Shown piece after piece: positions 1 to 10,708 of a stretch of DNA of 64,000 nucleotides (position 1 is the first letter of the stretch; each line of letters starts with the position of its first letter). The notes beneath the pieces were generated by a model. That model saw only the letters and a list, made by a program, of their open reading frames with translations, searched no databases and was not told the origin of the DNA. Position numbers and translations under genes: made by a program. The stretch covers positions 368,342,001 through 368,406,000 of the forward strand of contig NW_027362767.1 in assembly GCF_046119375.1 (NCBI RefSeq), read 5' to 3'. This DNA is from Phyllobates terribilis. Its lineage: Eukaryota.

Positions 1-1256
1 ACACAGCTGATAGTCCTACTGAATAGACCGTTAGAATTTGTATTATGGCAAGAAAAAAGCGGCTAAGTAAAGAAAAATGAGTGGCCATCATTACTTTAAG
101 AAATTAAGGTCAGTCAGTCCGAAAAATTGGGAAAACTTTGAAAGTGTCCCCAAGTGCAGATGTAAAAACCATCAAGCGCTACAAAGAAACTGGCTCACAT
201 GAGGACCGCCCCAGGAAAGGAAGACCAAGAGTCACCTCTGCTTCTGAGGATAAGTTTATCCGAGTCACCAGCCTCATCGCAGGTTAACAGCAGCTCAGAT
301 TAGAGACCAGGTCAATGCCACACAGAGTTCTAGCAGCAGACACATCTCTACAACAACTCTAAAGAGGAGACTTTGTGCAGCAGGCCTTCATGGTAAAATA
401 GCTGCTAGGAAACCACTGCTAAGGACAGGCAACAAGCAGAAGAGATGACTTTGGGCTAAAGAACACAAGGAATGGACATTAGACCAGTGAAAATCTGTGC
501 TTTGGTCTGATGAGTCCAAATTTGAGATCTTTGGTTCCAACCACCGTGTCTTTCTACGATGCAGAAAAGGTGAACGGATGGACTCTACATGCCTGGTTCC
601 CACCGAGAAGCATGGAGGAGGAGGTGTGATGGTGTGGGGGTGCTTTGCTGGTGACACTGTTGGGGATTTATTCAAAATTGAAGGCATACTGAACCAGCAT
701 GGCTACCACAGTATCTTGCAGCGGCATGCTATTCCATCCGGTTTGCGTTTAGTTGGACCATCATTTGTTTTTCAACAGTACAATGACCCCAAACACACCT
801 CCAGGCTGTGTAAGGGCTATTTAATCAAGGAGGAGAGTGATGGGGTGCTACGCCAGATGACCTGGCCTCCACAGTCACCAGACCTGAACCCAATCGAGAT
901 GGTTTGGGGTGAGCTGGACTGCAGAGTGAAGGCAAAAGGGCCAACAAGTGCTAAGCATCTGTGGGAACTCCTTCAAGATCCCTTGAAGACCGTTTCCAGT
1001 GACTACCTCTTGAAGCTCATCAAGAGAATGCCAAGAGTCTGCAAAGCAGTCATCAAAGCAAAAGGTGGCTACTTTGAAGAACCTAGAATATAAGACATAT
1101 TTTTAGTTGTTTCACACTTTTTTGTTAAATATATAATTCCACATGTGTTAATTAATAGTTTTGATGCCTTCAGTGTGAATTTACAATTTTCATAGTCATG
1201 AAAATACAGAAAAATCTTTAAATGAGAAGGTGTGTCCAAACTTTTGGTCTGTACTG
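1..1256 (+). mobile_element. Tc1/mariner-superfamily DNA transposon, DD38E (Intruder-like), decayed; left end lies outside the window
   Basis: Transposase homology from ATG ~45 to 1093. The right end ...ccaaacttttggtctgtactg (1256) is followed by TA. Confidence 0.9.
45..1093 (+). pseudogene. Tc1-like transposase (frameshifts/stops); catalytic part in ORF 497-1093
   Basis: Motifs WSDESKF, KHGGGGVMVWGCF, QQ(D>Y)NDPKHT and SPDLNPIE. There are 38 residues between the second D position and E. Confidence 0.9.
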
Positions 1257-2329
1257 TATAACAATTAGGGCAAGGGATATGAGTCACCAGAAAGTGCTAG
1301 TACATGAATAATTGTTGGTCAGAGTGCCCAGAATATGCTGCTTTCTGGACACTCATCAGCCAGCGGGATAATGGGACCAGTAAATGACCCAGAGTAGGTC
1401 CCAGAGGGTTCCTGTGAGGTTGGGGCCTTAGTGTCGCTTCTGGCTACCTCTAGCCAGGAATTTTGAATTGCCCTACCCGTAGATGCCAGTCTTGTGGCAC
1501 TGAGTGATCTCACAGAGAAGTTCATCTACGAGTCCAAGAAGGAAAGGGTCTTGTGGGGTCCAGTGAGGTTGTGCCATGACATGTGCTTGAGAGACGATCT
1601 GTAAATAAGTCTCCTTTTCCACCTCTAAAAGGGGGAGGTGTCATAGAGAAAAATGAAAATCCATACAGACATCTCTAGAGAAAAAGGAAGAGCTGACACT
1701 TCAACCTACATTGAAGTAGGCCCTCACATTGAACATATCAGATTAATTGGACCTAGGAACATAATGTCTAGTTAAAACAAGGGAAATGAGAGAGCTAACA
1801 CTTCAATATCCATTGAAGTAGGGGCCTCCTGTGGTGACCAGGTAATTACAACATGCTTTGTGGGGGGGAGTGAAAAACACAAAGTCTGAGATCTGTATAT
1901 TCAAGAGGCAGTGAAGTGGAAAATCTAACACCTTCAGAAGTAACTCTTGTTCTCTTCAAAGAAAAACTGGACAATTGCACTTAGACACTCTGTCTCCAGT
2001 GTCCAGATATAAATATTGGGGTTTGCATCGATCCAATATTTATGGGAAATATATTTTCAGAGTCGTAGCAAAGGGATGGACATAACTTCATTGATCAATG
2101 ACATCATCTACCTAGTGATATTTAAGGCCCATTTAGACACACACACACCTGTGTCCTGGGATTGAGACTAGTGTTCCTTGTTTGGTATGCTCTATTATCT
2201 GTTCTTCTGTGTTTCAACTCGCATCCATCCTTAGTGGGTTCCCCTCCATCTGTCCATCTAGTCTTGAGCCCCCACGTGTCCTCTGAAAGCTGCACCAACG
2301 CCTGAGGTCTGTGTGCCTACCAGGACCAG

Positions 2330-2716
2330 AGGCTTAGTGGATCCACCTCAACTGGTGTGCACTTACAGTTTTCCTCAGGCAAATTGGGCCAAAAAACTGA
2401 CCCTGTAAACTCAAAAAATTGTTACAAGTCTTAAAGAAGGATGCAGCGTTATTGAAATTGCTAAGATATTGGGGCATGATCACAGAACCATCAAAAGATT
2501 TGTTGAAAATAGTCAACCGAGTCCCAAAAAATGTGTTGAGAAAAAAGATGAACATTAACTGCCAAAGATTTGAGAAGAATCAAACGTGAAGCAATTAGGA
2601 AGCCTTTACCCTCCAGTACTGTCATATTCCATAACTGCAACCTCCCTGGAGCTCAGAAGCACAAGGTGCTCAGTGCTAAGAGACGTGACCAAGGTAAGGA
2701 AGGCTGGAAATGACCA
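2330..2716 (+). mobile_element. Fragment of a Tc1-like (TRT/DD37E-type) transposase N-terminus
   Basis: Degraded translation GQKTD...KIV..L.EGCS..EIAKILGHDHRTIKRFVENSQ...KDLRRIKREA.R.PL.SS.VIF.NCNLPG resembles the HTH region of TRT-type elements (recognised from memory). Confidence 0.7.
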
Positions 2717-4098
2717 GCATCTATGGCTCCATTCTGTTTTTAACTCATATTTTCAGTATTTGTAGTGAAACAGGTGCACAGAAACAGAAACAGTATGGTC
2801 CCAAAGAACGATGAGCACCTGCTAATCCTATTAGCAGATTCAGAGAACTTTTTTTTCTTGCTTTTTCCCTAGAATTTACATCTTCACAGGAACGACTATG
2901 ATGGAGGCACGGGGATTTCTTAATCACTTTACAGATTGCCTTCCTGAAAAGGATTAAACATTGTTTGTCTTCCTGGAAAAAGGAAATATTTGGCTGCGTG
3001 CCCTTGTCAAATAAAATCTGGAAACCTTTAGTACCTAGTTTACATTTTTAGCACAAATTCCTTTTAACTACTTATAAGCCTGGCCATTTTATGTCTTAAA
3101 GACCAGGCAAGTAATATGACTGAATGAGACCTTGGTTTTTTCCTGAACATGCTGAACTTTCTACTTTTAACATGCAAACTTTAGCATTTTATCGACTTTA
3201 TTTAATTCTGACAAACTAAATCCACGAGTCTTCTTTATTTTTTTTTTCTTTACCCTGTTCCCCACTGACTTAACTCAAGTGTATATAATTAAAGTAAAAG
3301 TTGTTGCCCACATGGAAATACCAAAAAAATTATATTATGTATTTTAGTAAATAAAATGTTTCATTTAGAAAAAAAAACATTTTTATTGCAACTTTACATT
3401 TTTTTTTAAATAATATGATGCAGGCATTTTTCTGGACAAGCACAGATATATTCACTCAGACGCATGGATTGGAGCATGTGACTAGTATGTCCTAGGGCAG
3501 TGGTGGTGAACCTATGCCACGCATGTCAGAGGGGGCATGCAGAGCCCTCCTGGTGGACACGCGCACCATCTCCTCAGCACTGCCGCTGCCATCACCACTC
3601 TCCTCTGCACAAACGCCCTCCCACCAGGCTGTGCGCTCTCTCATCAGTCTGTGAACGTGCTGAGGAGGGTGAGGTGATGGCGCGCAGGCTGATGAGAGTC
3701 AGAACAGCGTTGGAATGGGCAAAGGTGAGTAGTTATTTATTTTTTAATGTGGTGCCATTATACTGTATGGAGTACTATATGGGGCCATTATACTGTATGG
3801 AGCATCATGTGGGGCCATTATACTGTACGGAGCATCATGTGGGGCCATTATACTGTATGGGGCACTATGTGGGGCTATTATACTGTATGAAGAATCATGG
3901 GGGCCATTATACTGTAGGGAGCATCATGGGGGGGCCACTATACTGTATAGATCATCATGGGAAGCCATTATACAGTATGGAGCATCATGTGGGGCCATTA
4001 TACTGTATAGAGTATCTTGTGGGGCCCATTATACTGTATGGAGCATCATATCGGGCCATTATACTGTATGGAGTATCATGTGAGGCCTTTATACTGTA

Positions 4099-4552
4099 GA
4101 GACACGTGACTTCTCGGGGGCGTACTTAAAGGTCCTGTAAGCGCTACCATACATGCCTCTTGAGAAAGCCAAGAGTAATCACCGGTGAAACGCGCGTCGA
4201 GGCTTCCTTTTGCCAGTGTCCTGTCCCTGTGCGGTTCCTCTCAGATTTGGACCCTCCTTTATTGGGTGAGTGAGGTGTAATGTACCTTTTGTGGTGGAGT
4301 GGGCTCCATAACCTAACATTAGTGTATGTAAGTCGTTTGAGTATTAGTCTCTCTCTCTATCCCTGCACTAGCATTCCTTATGACCCCTGGGATGGACCCT
4401 CTGTAGAGGTCTGCATTAAAAATGGGGGACTATTTGTCTGCATGTCTTAGTCTGTACAAAATTCTAAATTGTTGATGTGATGTACTAATCTTAAATTAAT
4501 TATTTATGAAATAAAGTTTCTTATGCCACTATACTCAATGGTTCTCCTATCT
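4099..4552 (+). mobile_element. Penelope-like element terminal (pseudo-LTR) fragment inserted in the minisatellite
   Basis: Non-repeat insert containing cttgagaaagcc...ggtgaaacgcgcgtcgagg (hammerhead-like), then GGTGAGT and an AATAAA near the 3' end. This layout is typical of vertebrate PLE terminal repeats. Confidence 0.6.
4155..4203 (+). ncRNA. Putative minimal type I hammerhead ribozyme, U3-A8 core variant
   Basis: GCCUC / UUGAGAA / stem II / GAAA / C-GCGC-G / UC / GAGGC. Stem I is 5 bp, stem III is palindromic, and the GUC triplet ends at 4198. Confidence 0.55.
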
Positions 4553-6076
4553 ATACATACAGTATGGGGCACTATGTAGAGCCATTATACTGTATGAAGG
4601 ATCATGGGGGCCATTATACTGTAGGGAGCATCATGGGGGGGCACTATACTGTATAGATCATCATGGGAAGCCATTATACAGTATGGAGCATCATGTGGGC
4701 CATTATACTGTATAGAGTATTATGTGGGGCCCATTATACTGTATGGAGCATGATATCGGGCCATTATACTGTATGGAGTATCATGTGAGGCCATTATACT
4801 GTATGGAGTATCATGTGAGGCCATTATACTGTATGGAGCATCATGTGGGGCCATTATACTGTATGGAACATCATGTGGGGCCCATTATACTGTATGGAGT
4901 ATCATATGGGGCCATTATACTGTACGGATCTTCATGTGGGGCTATTATACTGTATGTAGCATCATGTGGGGCCATTATACAGTATGGAGGACTATGTGGG
5001 GCCATTATACAGTATGAAGCACTATGTGGTTCCATTATACTGTATGGAGTATGATGTGGGGCCATTATACTGTATGGGGCATCTTGTGAGGCCATTATAC
5101 TGTATGGAGCACTATGCAGGGCCATTATACAGTATGGAGCACTATGAGGGGCCACTATACTATATGGAGGACTATGTGGGGCCCACTATACTGTATGGAG
5201 GACTATGTGGGGCCCATTACACTGTATGGAGCACTGTGTGGGGCCCATTATACTGTATGGAGCACTATGTTGGGCCCTTACACTGCATGGAGCACTATGT
5301 TTGGCCCATTACACTGTATGGAAGACTATGTGGGACCCATTACACTGTATGGAAGACTGTCTTGGGCCTATTACACTGTATGGAGCACTATATGGGGCCA
5401 TTATTCAGTATGGAGCACTATGTGGGACCCATTACACTGTATGGAGCACTATGTGGGGCCCATTACACTGTATGAAGCACTATGTAGGGCCCATTATACT
5501 GTATGGAGGGCTGTGTGGAGATTACAGTTGGAGAATCATACTGTGATGGGGGTCACCATTCTTTGTTGGGGGGATTGAGGGAGAGGGGTACAGTAGGGTC
5601 ATCATACTGTGAGTGTGAAGGAATTCACTGTGGGGGGGGGTATCATACTGTGTTTGGGGGCAGTTTTGTTTGCATCATAGTTTATTATCTGTATTATGCA
5701 ACTTTTTTTATTCTTTGTTATTACATATTTAAATTAGGCAATTAGTCCATATGCTTTTTACTGCTCTTACATAATATATTATATTGTTCCACTATAATGC
5801 TAAAAATTAACTGTTTTATTTGATAAGGAAAAACTTCCTAAATTGTAGACATTTTTTTAACAAATATCAAGGTTGGCCCACGACTTTGTCAAAACTTTTA
5901 AAGGGAATCTGTCACCCCCTGGGAGTTATCAGACCTCTAATATGGGCATACAGGTTATAGAAATGTAAATCTATACATATCTGTATGTCCCATATTAGCG
6001 GTCTGCAGAGAAATGTCTTTTTTATAAAATCTGTTTTCATATGCTTGACGCCCGGGGGACGCCAAGCAATCCCTGC

Positions 6077-6659
6077 ATGCGGCAGTGACCGGGATCATAT
6101 ACGAGGGACGTTATATATCCCCCAGAATGTGTACAGAGACCTATTAAATCCATTGGAGTGCATTGCAGTCACAAACTCACCTGCGGCTGCAATGCAGGAA
6201 TGAAGGTGAGCAAGGACCTGGTCAGACTACCTGGCTAAGGCAGATTAAGTAAAACCTGGCAGGGCCTTCATTTCTTGGAGGAGGTCACAGGAGGCAGTGG
6301 GGGCGGCCTCCTCCCTCCAACCCGGGTTTTCCAGTGGCTCTTACCACAGGTCCTTTAAAAATCCTGCACTAAGGATTAGTGTTGTTCTGTACTGGAACCT
6401 GCTAGGAGCTTAGCAGGACAGCTCAGCAGGATTGAGTGTGGCTGAACCCACGCCTGGGAAGACTCTGCACCTGTCAGGCTCTGAGCGGCCCGGCGCGGCC
6501 GTTGCCCACGGCAACCGTTGTTTAAGGACTCATGTTAACCCGGCTGCGAACCAGAGGACTTTTCTGTTTACCCATGAGTTGCTGAATAAAGCTGTTTATG
6601 TTGGACTTGCTTGGGTCACTGCCTCAGTTACTGCATGATGTGAACACGGCCGCTTTACA
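6077..6659 (+). repeat. 5' LTR of the Gmr1-like element
   Basis: Matches 20610-20707 plus 22605-23094. Ends ...TTTACA, with AATAAA at ~6586. The first bases are degenerate. Confidence 0.88.
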
Positions 6660-6662
6660 GCT

Positions 6663-6681
6663 TGGTGGAGAATGCGGGCAT
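6663..6681 (+). promoter_or_regulatory. Primer-binding site, tRNA-Ala
   Basis: TGGTGGAGAATGCGGGCAT is the reverse complement of the vertebrate tRNA-Ala 3' end (...TGCCCGCATTCTCCACCA). Confidence 0.9.
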
Positions 6682-6760
6682 AGTGACTGAGGCATACCTC
6701 ACCGGCAGCTGCATGACCACAATCTGGCTGGCCACCTTTCAGCCCCACCCTGTGGACAAA

Positions 6761-8239
6761 ATGGAGGAGCTGTTAAAGCAGCTGGTACTTTCCCAGCAGC
6801 AGCAGCTGCAATCTCAGCGGCAACAGCAGGAGCAGCACCTGAGCCTCCAGCAGCAACAGCAGGAGCGGGAACAGCAACATAATCAGCAGCAGCAGCTACT
6901 GTACCAGCAGAAACAAAAAACAAATGAACTCTTACTGCAACAGATTGCTGCCCTGCGGGAGACACCGGCGGCACCTGCCCCAGAATGTCGCGAGGCCCGG
7001 GACAAGGTTCGCTCAGCGTTGAGGAATATGGGATCGGAGGACGATGTGGAAGCCTTCCTGACCATTTATGAGTGCACAGCAGAGTGGGAAAACCTAGCAG
7101 CCGGCCAGTGGGCAGAAGTGGTGGCTCCGTTTCTGGTCGGTGATGCCCAAAAGGCCTACTTCGACGTCAGTCGGGAGGACGCTGAGGACTACCAGAGGCT
7201 CAAAGGTGAGATCCTTGCCCAACTGGGGGTCAATACATATGTGAGGGCTCAGCGTGTATTTTCATGGGCCTATGTGGAGACCCGACCAGCCCGGTCTCAG
7301 GCGTATGACCTCCTGCAGCTGGTAAAGAGGTGGCTCCAGCCTGAGACTTTGTCTCCAGCCCAGATGGTGGAGAAGGTGGTGGTTGACCGGCTGGTGAGGA
7401 CTCTGCCAGCCGCTATCCAACGTTGGGTGGGGCAAAGGGACCCTGGCACACTCGATCAGGTAGTCAGCCTGATCGAGCGCTACTCAGCCACTCAAGACTT
7501 TATCCGGAACTCTGCCACCTAGCGGCTGTCACGCCGATCCCTACCAACCCAGGAACCTGGGAAGGTGTTGCGTCACTCTGCTGAGGACAGTCAGCACCGT
7601 ACCCTTGCTAAAGGGGTACCCAGGAATGAGAGTGGCAGGATACCGGTCCCCCCAACGGTCATAAGACCTAACAGTACTTCCACCATTAGATGCTGGCGGT
7701 GTCAGGGGCCGGGACATGTGGTTGATAACTGCCCCCTGACTACGGAACCCATGGACTGCGGGTATAACCGCTGGGTCTCAATGTATGCCCAGACCGTCTG
7801 CACTGCGAGCGCCAACCCCCCGGACAGTGAACCCCAACAGTGCCAGGTACTGGTTAATGGGTACCCCACGGAGGCTTTCCTAGATTCAGGGAGCCTAGTG
7901 ACTTTGGTACATGGGTCGCTGGTGGCAGGAGACAACCCCAGTGGATGGACAGTCGGGGTTGTGTGCATCCATGGGGCCCTCCGAGAGTACCCAACCGCGG
8001 AGGTAGTTTTGTCCACGCCATGTGGAGACATAAAACATGTGGTGGGGGTGGTAAAAACTCTTCTCTATGAGACTGTGTTGGGAAGAGATTTGCCCCTGTT
8101 CTGGACTCTGTGGAAAAACAAAATCCACTCTCCCCCGGTAAAATGCGTTACAGGCAGGTACCAAGTCAGAGGTACCTGCCGTAGGGGTGTCCAACTTAGG
8201 GACAGTGTGACCGTGATAGGTTTCCCCTAGAGGTGCTGG
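6761..8239 (+). pseudogene. gag: Gmr1 gag (Q-rich coiled coil, SCAN-like domain, CCHC knuckle) plus aspartic protease; in-frame stop at 7520-7522
   Basis: Motifs EDDVEAFL, LLQLVKRWLQPETLSPAQMVEKVVVDRLVRTLP (SCAN-like), CWRCQGPGHVVDNCP and FLDSGS. Confidence 0.88.
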
Positions 8240-9274
8240 TGTGGCACCCTGCTGTTCACAGGTACCACAGGACCCAGGGTGCATGGATGAACTTCTCCAC
8301 AAGAGGCCCTCATTACATACAAACACCTCCACCCTTCCACCTCATACCACCAGAGGGAGCCAGTTAGGGATATATATATGGAGGGTGGAGCCAGGCAGTT
8401 AGTCAGTCAGACAGAATCTGAGAGCGTGCTGACGCTGAGAGCAGCGAAGACGCAGCACGTCTACTGCTGAGTTCTGAGGGCCCCGAGTGTGGCCGAAGGC
8501 AAGAGGAGAAAGGAGAGAGGAGTTGAGGGGGGCAGAGGTGCATATAGGCTCGCCCCGATATACAAACCGGACACCGGGTCTGCGCCTACAGGGTCCCTTT
8601 ATACCCAGTAGGGATCACCGGCATTCCAGGAGGACTACAAGTCTCTGGCCGACCTGAAGCTAGACCCATTACAGGACCAGGAACCACGAAGGCCCTGGCG
8701 CCCAGGGATAGTGGTTGCCAGCAGAAGGTCCTACTACCGAGCAACGGGTGAAGGAACAGTACGACACATAAGCTAGACCCAGTTGCAGGCTGGCCAGGAG
8801 CATACAGAGAGGCAGACACGGACCAGGAGGCCTTATACCCCCCTCACTGGGGAGAAGTCCTGAAGTGCACCCATCCTACTGAGTACCCAGGACCGTACCT
8901 GACATCCGCACCAGTAAAGGTATTGAAGCGAATCCCCTGTCTTTGTCAGTTACTCCTGCTGCGCCCTCCCGCCTGCACTACAAGCCCCAGCATCACCACC
9001 CACCATCAAACTCCACACTGCCCCGGGGGCCCGCTCCACCTGTGGGGAGCAGAAACATCTCAGCTGCCATCCCAACACCCCCGGAGGTCTGAAGCAACGC
9101 TGGTAATCATTACCAGGTACCACAGGTGGCGTCACGAACTGTTTATTTTATCCAAGTTCCAATCCCCTTTTCAAGAGTGACCCCAGGGTACAGGCCCGGG
9201 AGCTGACCACCGCGACACCCCCTAACCAGGCAAAGGCCCCGGTACCGAGTTGTCCCCATCCCCTGGGCGCGACA
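8240..9274 (+). repeat. 5' LTR of the nested Gypsy (TG...CA, ~1035 bp)
   Basis: Near-identical to 16746-17785. Confidence 0.95.
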
Positions 9275-9284
9275 TCACTTTTCC

Positions 9285-9303
9285 TGGCGTCACGAACAGG
9301 ATT
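9285..9303 (+). promoter_or_regulatory. Primer-binding site, tRNA-Ser(CGA)
   Basis: TGGCGTCACGAACAGGATT is complementary to a tRNA-Ser(CGA) 3' end (...AATCCTGTTCGTGACGCCA). Confidence 0.85.
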
Positions 9304-9619
9304 TCTTGCCCGTTTCCACCGGGTACTGTGCACCCTAAATAACTGTGTCGCATACCGTGGTGAAGTTTTCCCACCAATTGCCGCTGTTTCCCACCATTGT
9401 CTGTCATTTTCGAGTCGCCGCGCGGGAAGAAGAGGGGCGTAACCGCGGGAATCGGAGAGGTGTGACTGCTGGAAGCGCACGAAGCTCAAGCCCTGCCTTG
9501 CGCTCTAACGCAGCACTAGGAAGCATCAGGTCCTGGAAGGAGACCGTCGTCTGTGGAGCTGCGGCCTACCCGATTAAAGAAGCAGGAGGTAGGCTACGGT
9601 TCACTAGGGGGGCGCAACC

Positions 9620-10708
9620 ATGGCCGACGACCAGCAAGCCGCCAGAGCACCGGTTAACGCTCCTGATGCTCAACTTGCGCCCGGCGCTGCACAGGCAGGA
9701 GCGGCCGCCCCACGAGCAGGGGTCGTGACTCAGTTGATACCCATGGCCCTGCCGTATATCCCTGGAGTGAAATGGCTTCCCCAGTATGATGGCAAACCAG
9801 ACACCCTGTCTGGGTTCAAGAGAAAAATATGCGGTGTACTGGACATGTATTCTATGACTGGTAAGCAGAGAGCCGCTGTTGTGCTGGGACAATTGACTGG
9901 TGCTGCAGAGTGGGAAGTTGAAACCTGGCCAGCCACAGACCAGGAATCAGTATCCATTATCTTTAAGAGACTGCAAACTGTGTTTGAAAACCGCACTGAG
10001 ACAGATCTCCGGATGAGGTTCTACCACTGTACCCAGAAACCTGAGGACAGTATCCGGGACTATGCTTGGCGTCTACAAGAGGCCCTGCGTGCCCTGAAAC
10101 AGGTTAGTCCAGCCAGCATACAAGATGAGAATAAAATGCTGACAGAACAATTCATCCGGGGGTTGAGGTCCCAGGAGGAAAGCAGAACTGTACGGTGGTG
10201 GGCTTTAAATCATCCAGATGCCAACTTTGACACCCTGAAAGACATGGCTATTAAGGGTCTTCAGCCCCTGGAAATATCAGGGACTGCTATCCAGCATTAC
10301 CAGAGTGGGGCCACCCCAGTGCCCGCAGCACCCACTGCTCCTTCATTAATGGCTGAAACAAAAATGCAAACAGTGCCCCCTAGCGAGCTGGACAGCCTGC
10401 GCTCTGAAGTGCGTCAGCTAAGTAAAACCCTGGCCACTGTCCTGAGCACCCAGCAGCTACAGATGGAGCCCAAGCCAGAAGGAAGGATCCTACTCGCCGA
10501 CAGCCCTGAGGATGTCCCCTCGATGAGGAGAAGGAGGAGGACAACGCCACCCCATAGGAGGGCAATGCCACCCCGTGGGAGGACCAACGACCAACGTCAC
10601 CCTCCAGGAGACTTCATCTGCTACCGTTGCCAAAAGGCAGGCCACACAGCGCAGAACTGTCCTTTAAACGGGCAAACCCTGGGGACGAGGGCAGACACCC
10701 AGGAGTAA
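9620..10708 (+). CDS. gag: Gypsy Gag (intact ORF, 362 aa) with CCHC knuckle
   Basis: Motifs LPQYDGK, QKPEDSIRDYAWRLQ, FIRGL and CYRCQKAGHTAQNCP. Confidence 0.88.
   Translation: MADDQQAARAPVNAPDAQLAPGAAQAGAAAPRAGVVTQLIPMALPYIPGVKWLPQYDGKPDTLSGFKRKICGVLDMYSMTGKQRAAVVLGQLTGAAEWEVETWPATDQESVSIIFKRLQTVFENRTETDLRMRFYHCTQKPEDSIRDYAWRLQEALRALKQVSPASIQDENKMLTEQFIRGLRSQEESRTVRWWALNHPDANFDTLKDMAIKGLQPLEISGTAIQHYQSGATPVPAAPTAPSLMAETKMQTVPPSELDSLRSEVRQLSKTLATVLSTQQLQMEPKPEGRILLADSPEDVPSMRRRRRTTPPHRRAMPPRGRTNDQRHPPGDFICYRCQKAGHTAQNCPLNGQTLGTRADTQE

Larger units (their letters stand above)
3750..5520. repeat. 30-bp minisatellite (GGGGCCATTATACTGTATGGAGCATCATGT)n, interrupted at 4099-4552
   Basis: Directly visible tandem units. 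They explain the spurious GPLYCMEHHV ORFs. Confidence 0.95.
3498..5890 (+). mobile_element. Non-autonomous hAT-type MITE carrying a minisatellite; right end not found
   Basis: Starts CAGTGGTGGTGAACCTATGCCACGC, a Charlie/hAT-like end, and runs into the 30-bp array. Confidence 0.55.

Noticed and set aside
1319-2110. Possible degraded LINE ORF2 on the minus strand
   Set aside because: No diagnostic EN or RT motif could be read with confidence by eye.
2860-2960. Strong splice-acceptor-like tract (TTTTTCCCTAG) suggesting a host exon
   Set aside because: No recognisable protein, no matching donor, and no other exons in the window.
3500-5745. Repetitive ORFs (GPLYCMEHHV...) as a novel repeat protein
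   Set aside because: They are a by-product of a 30-bp minisatellite, open in several frames and on both strands.
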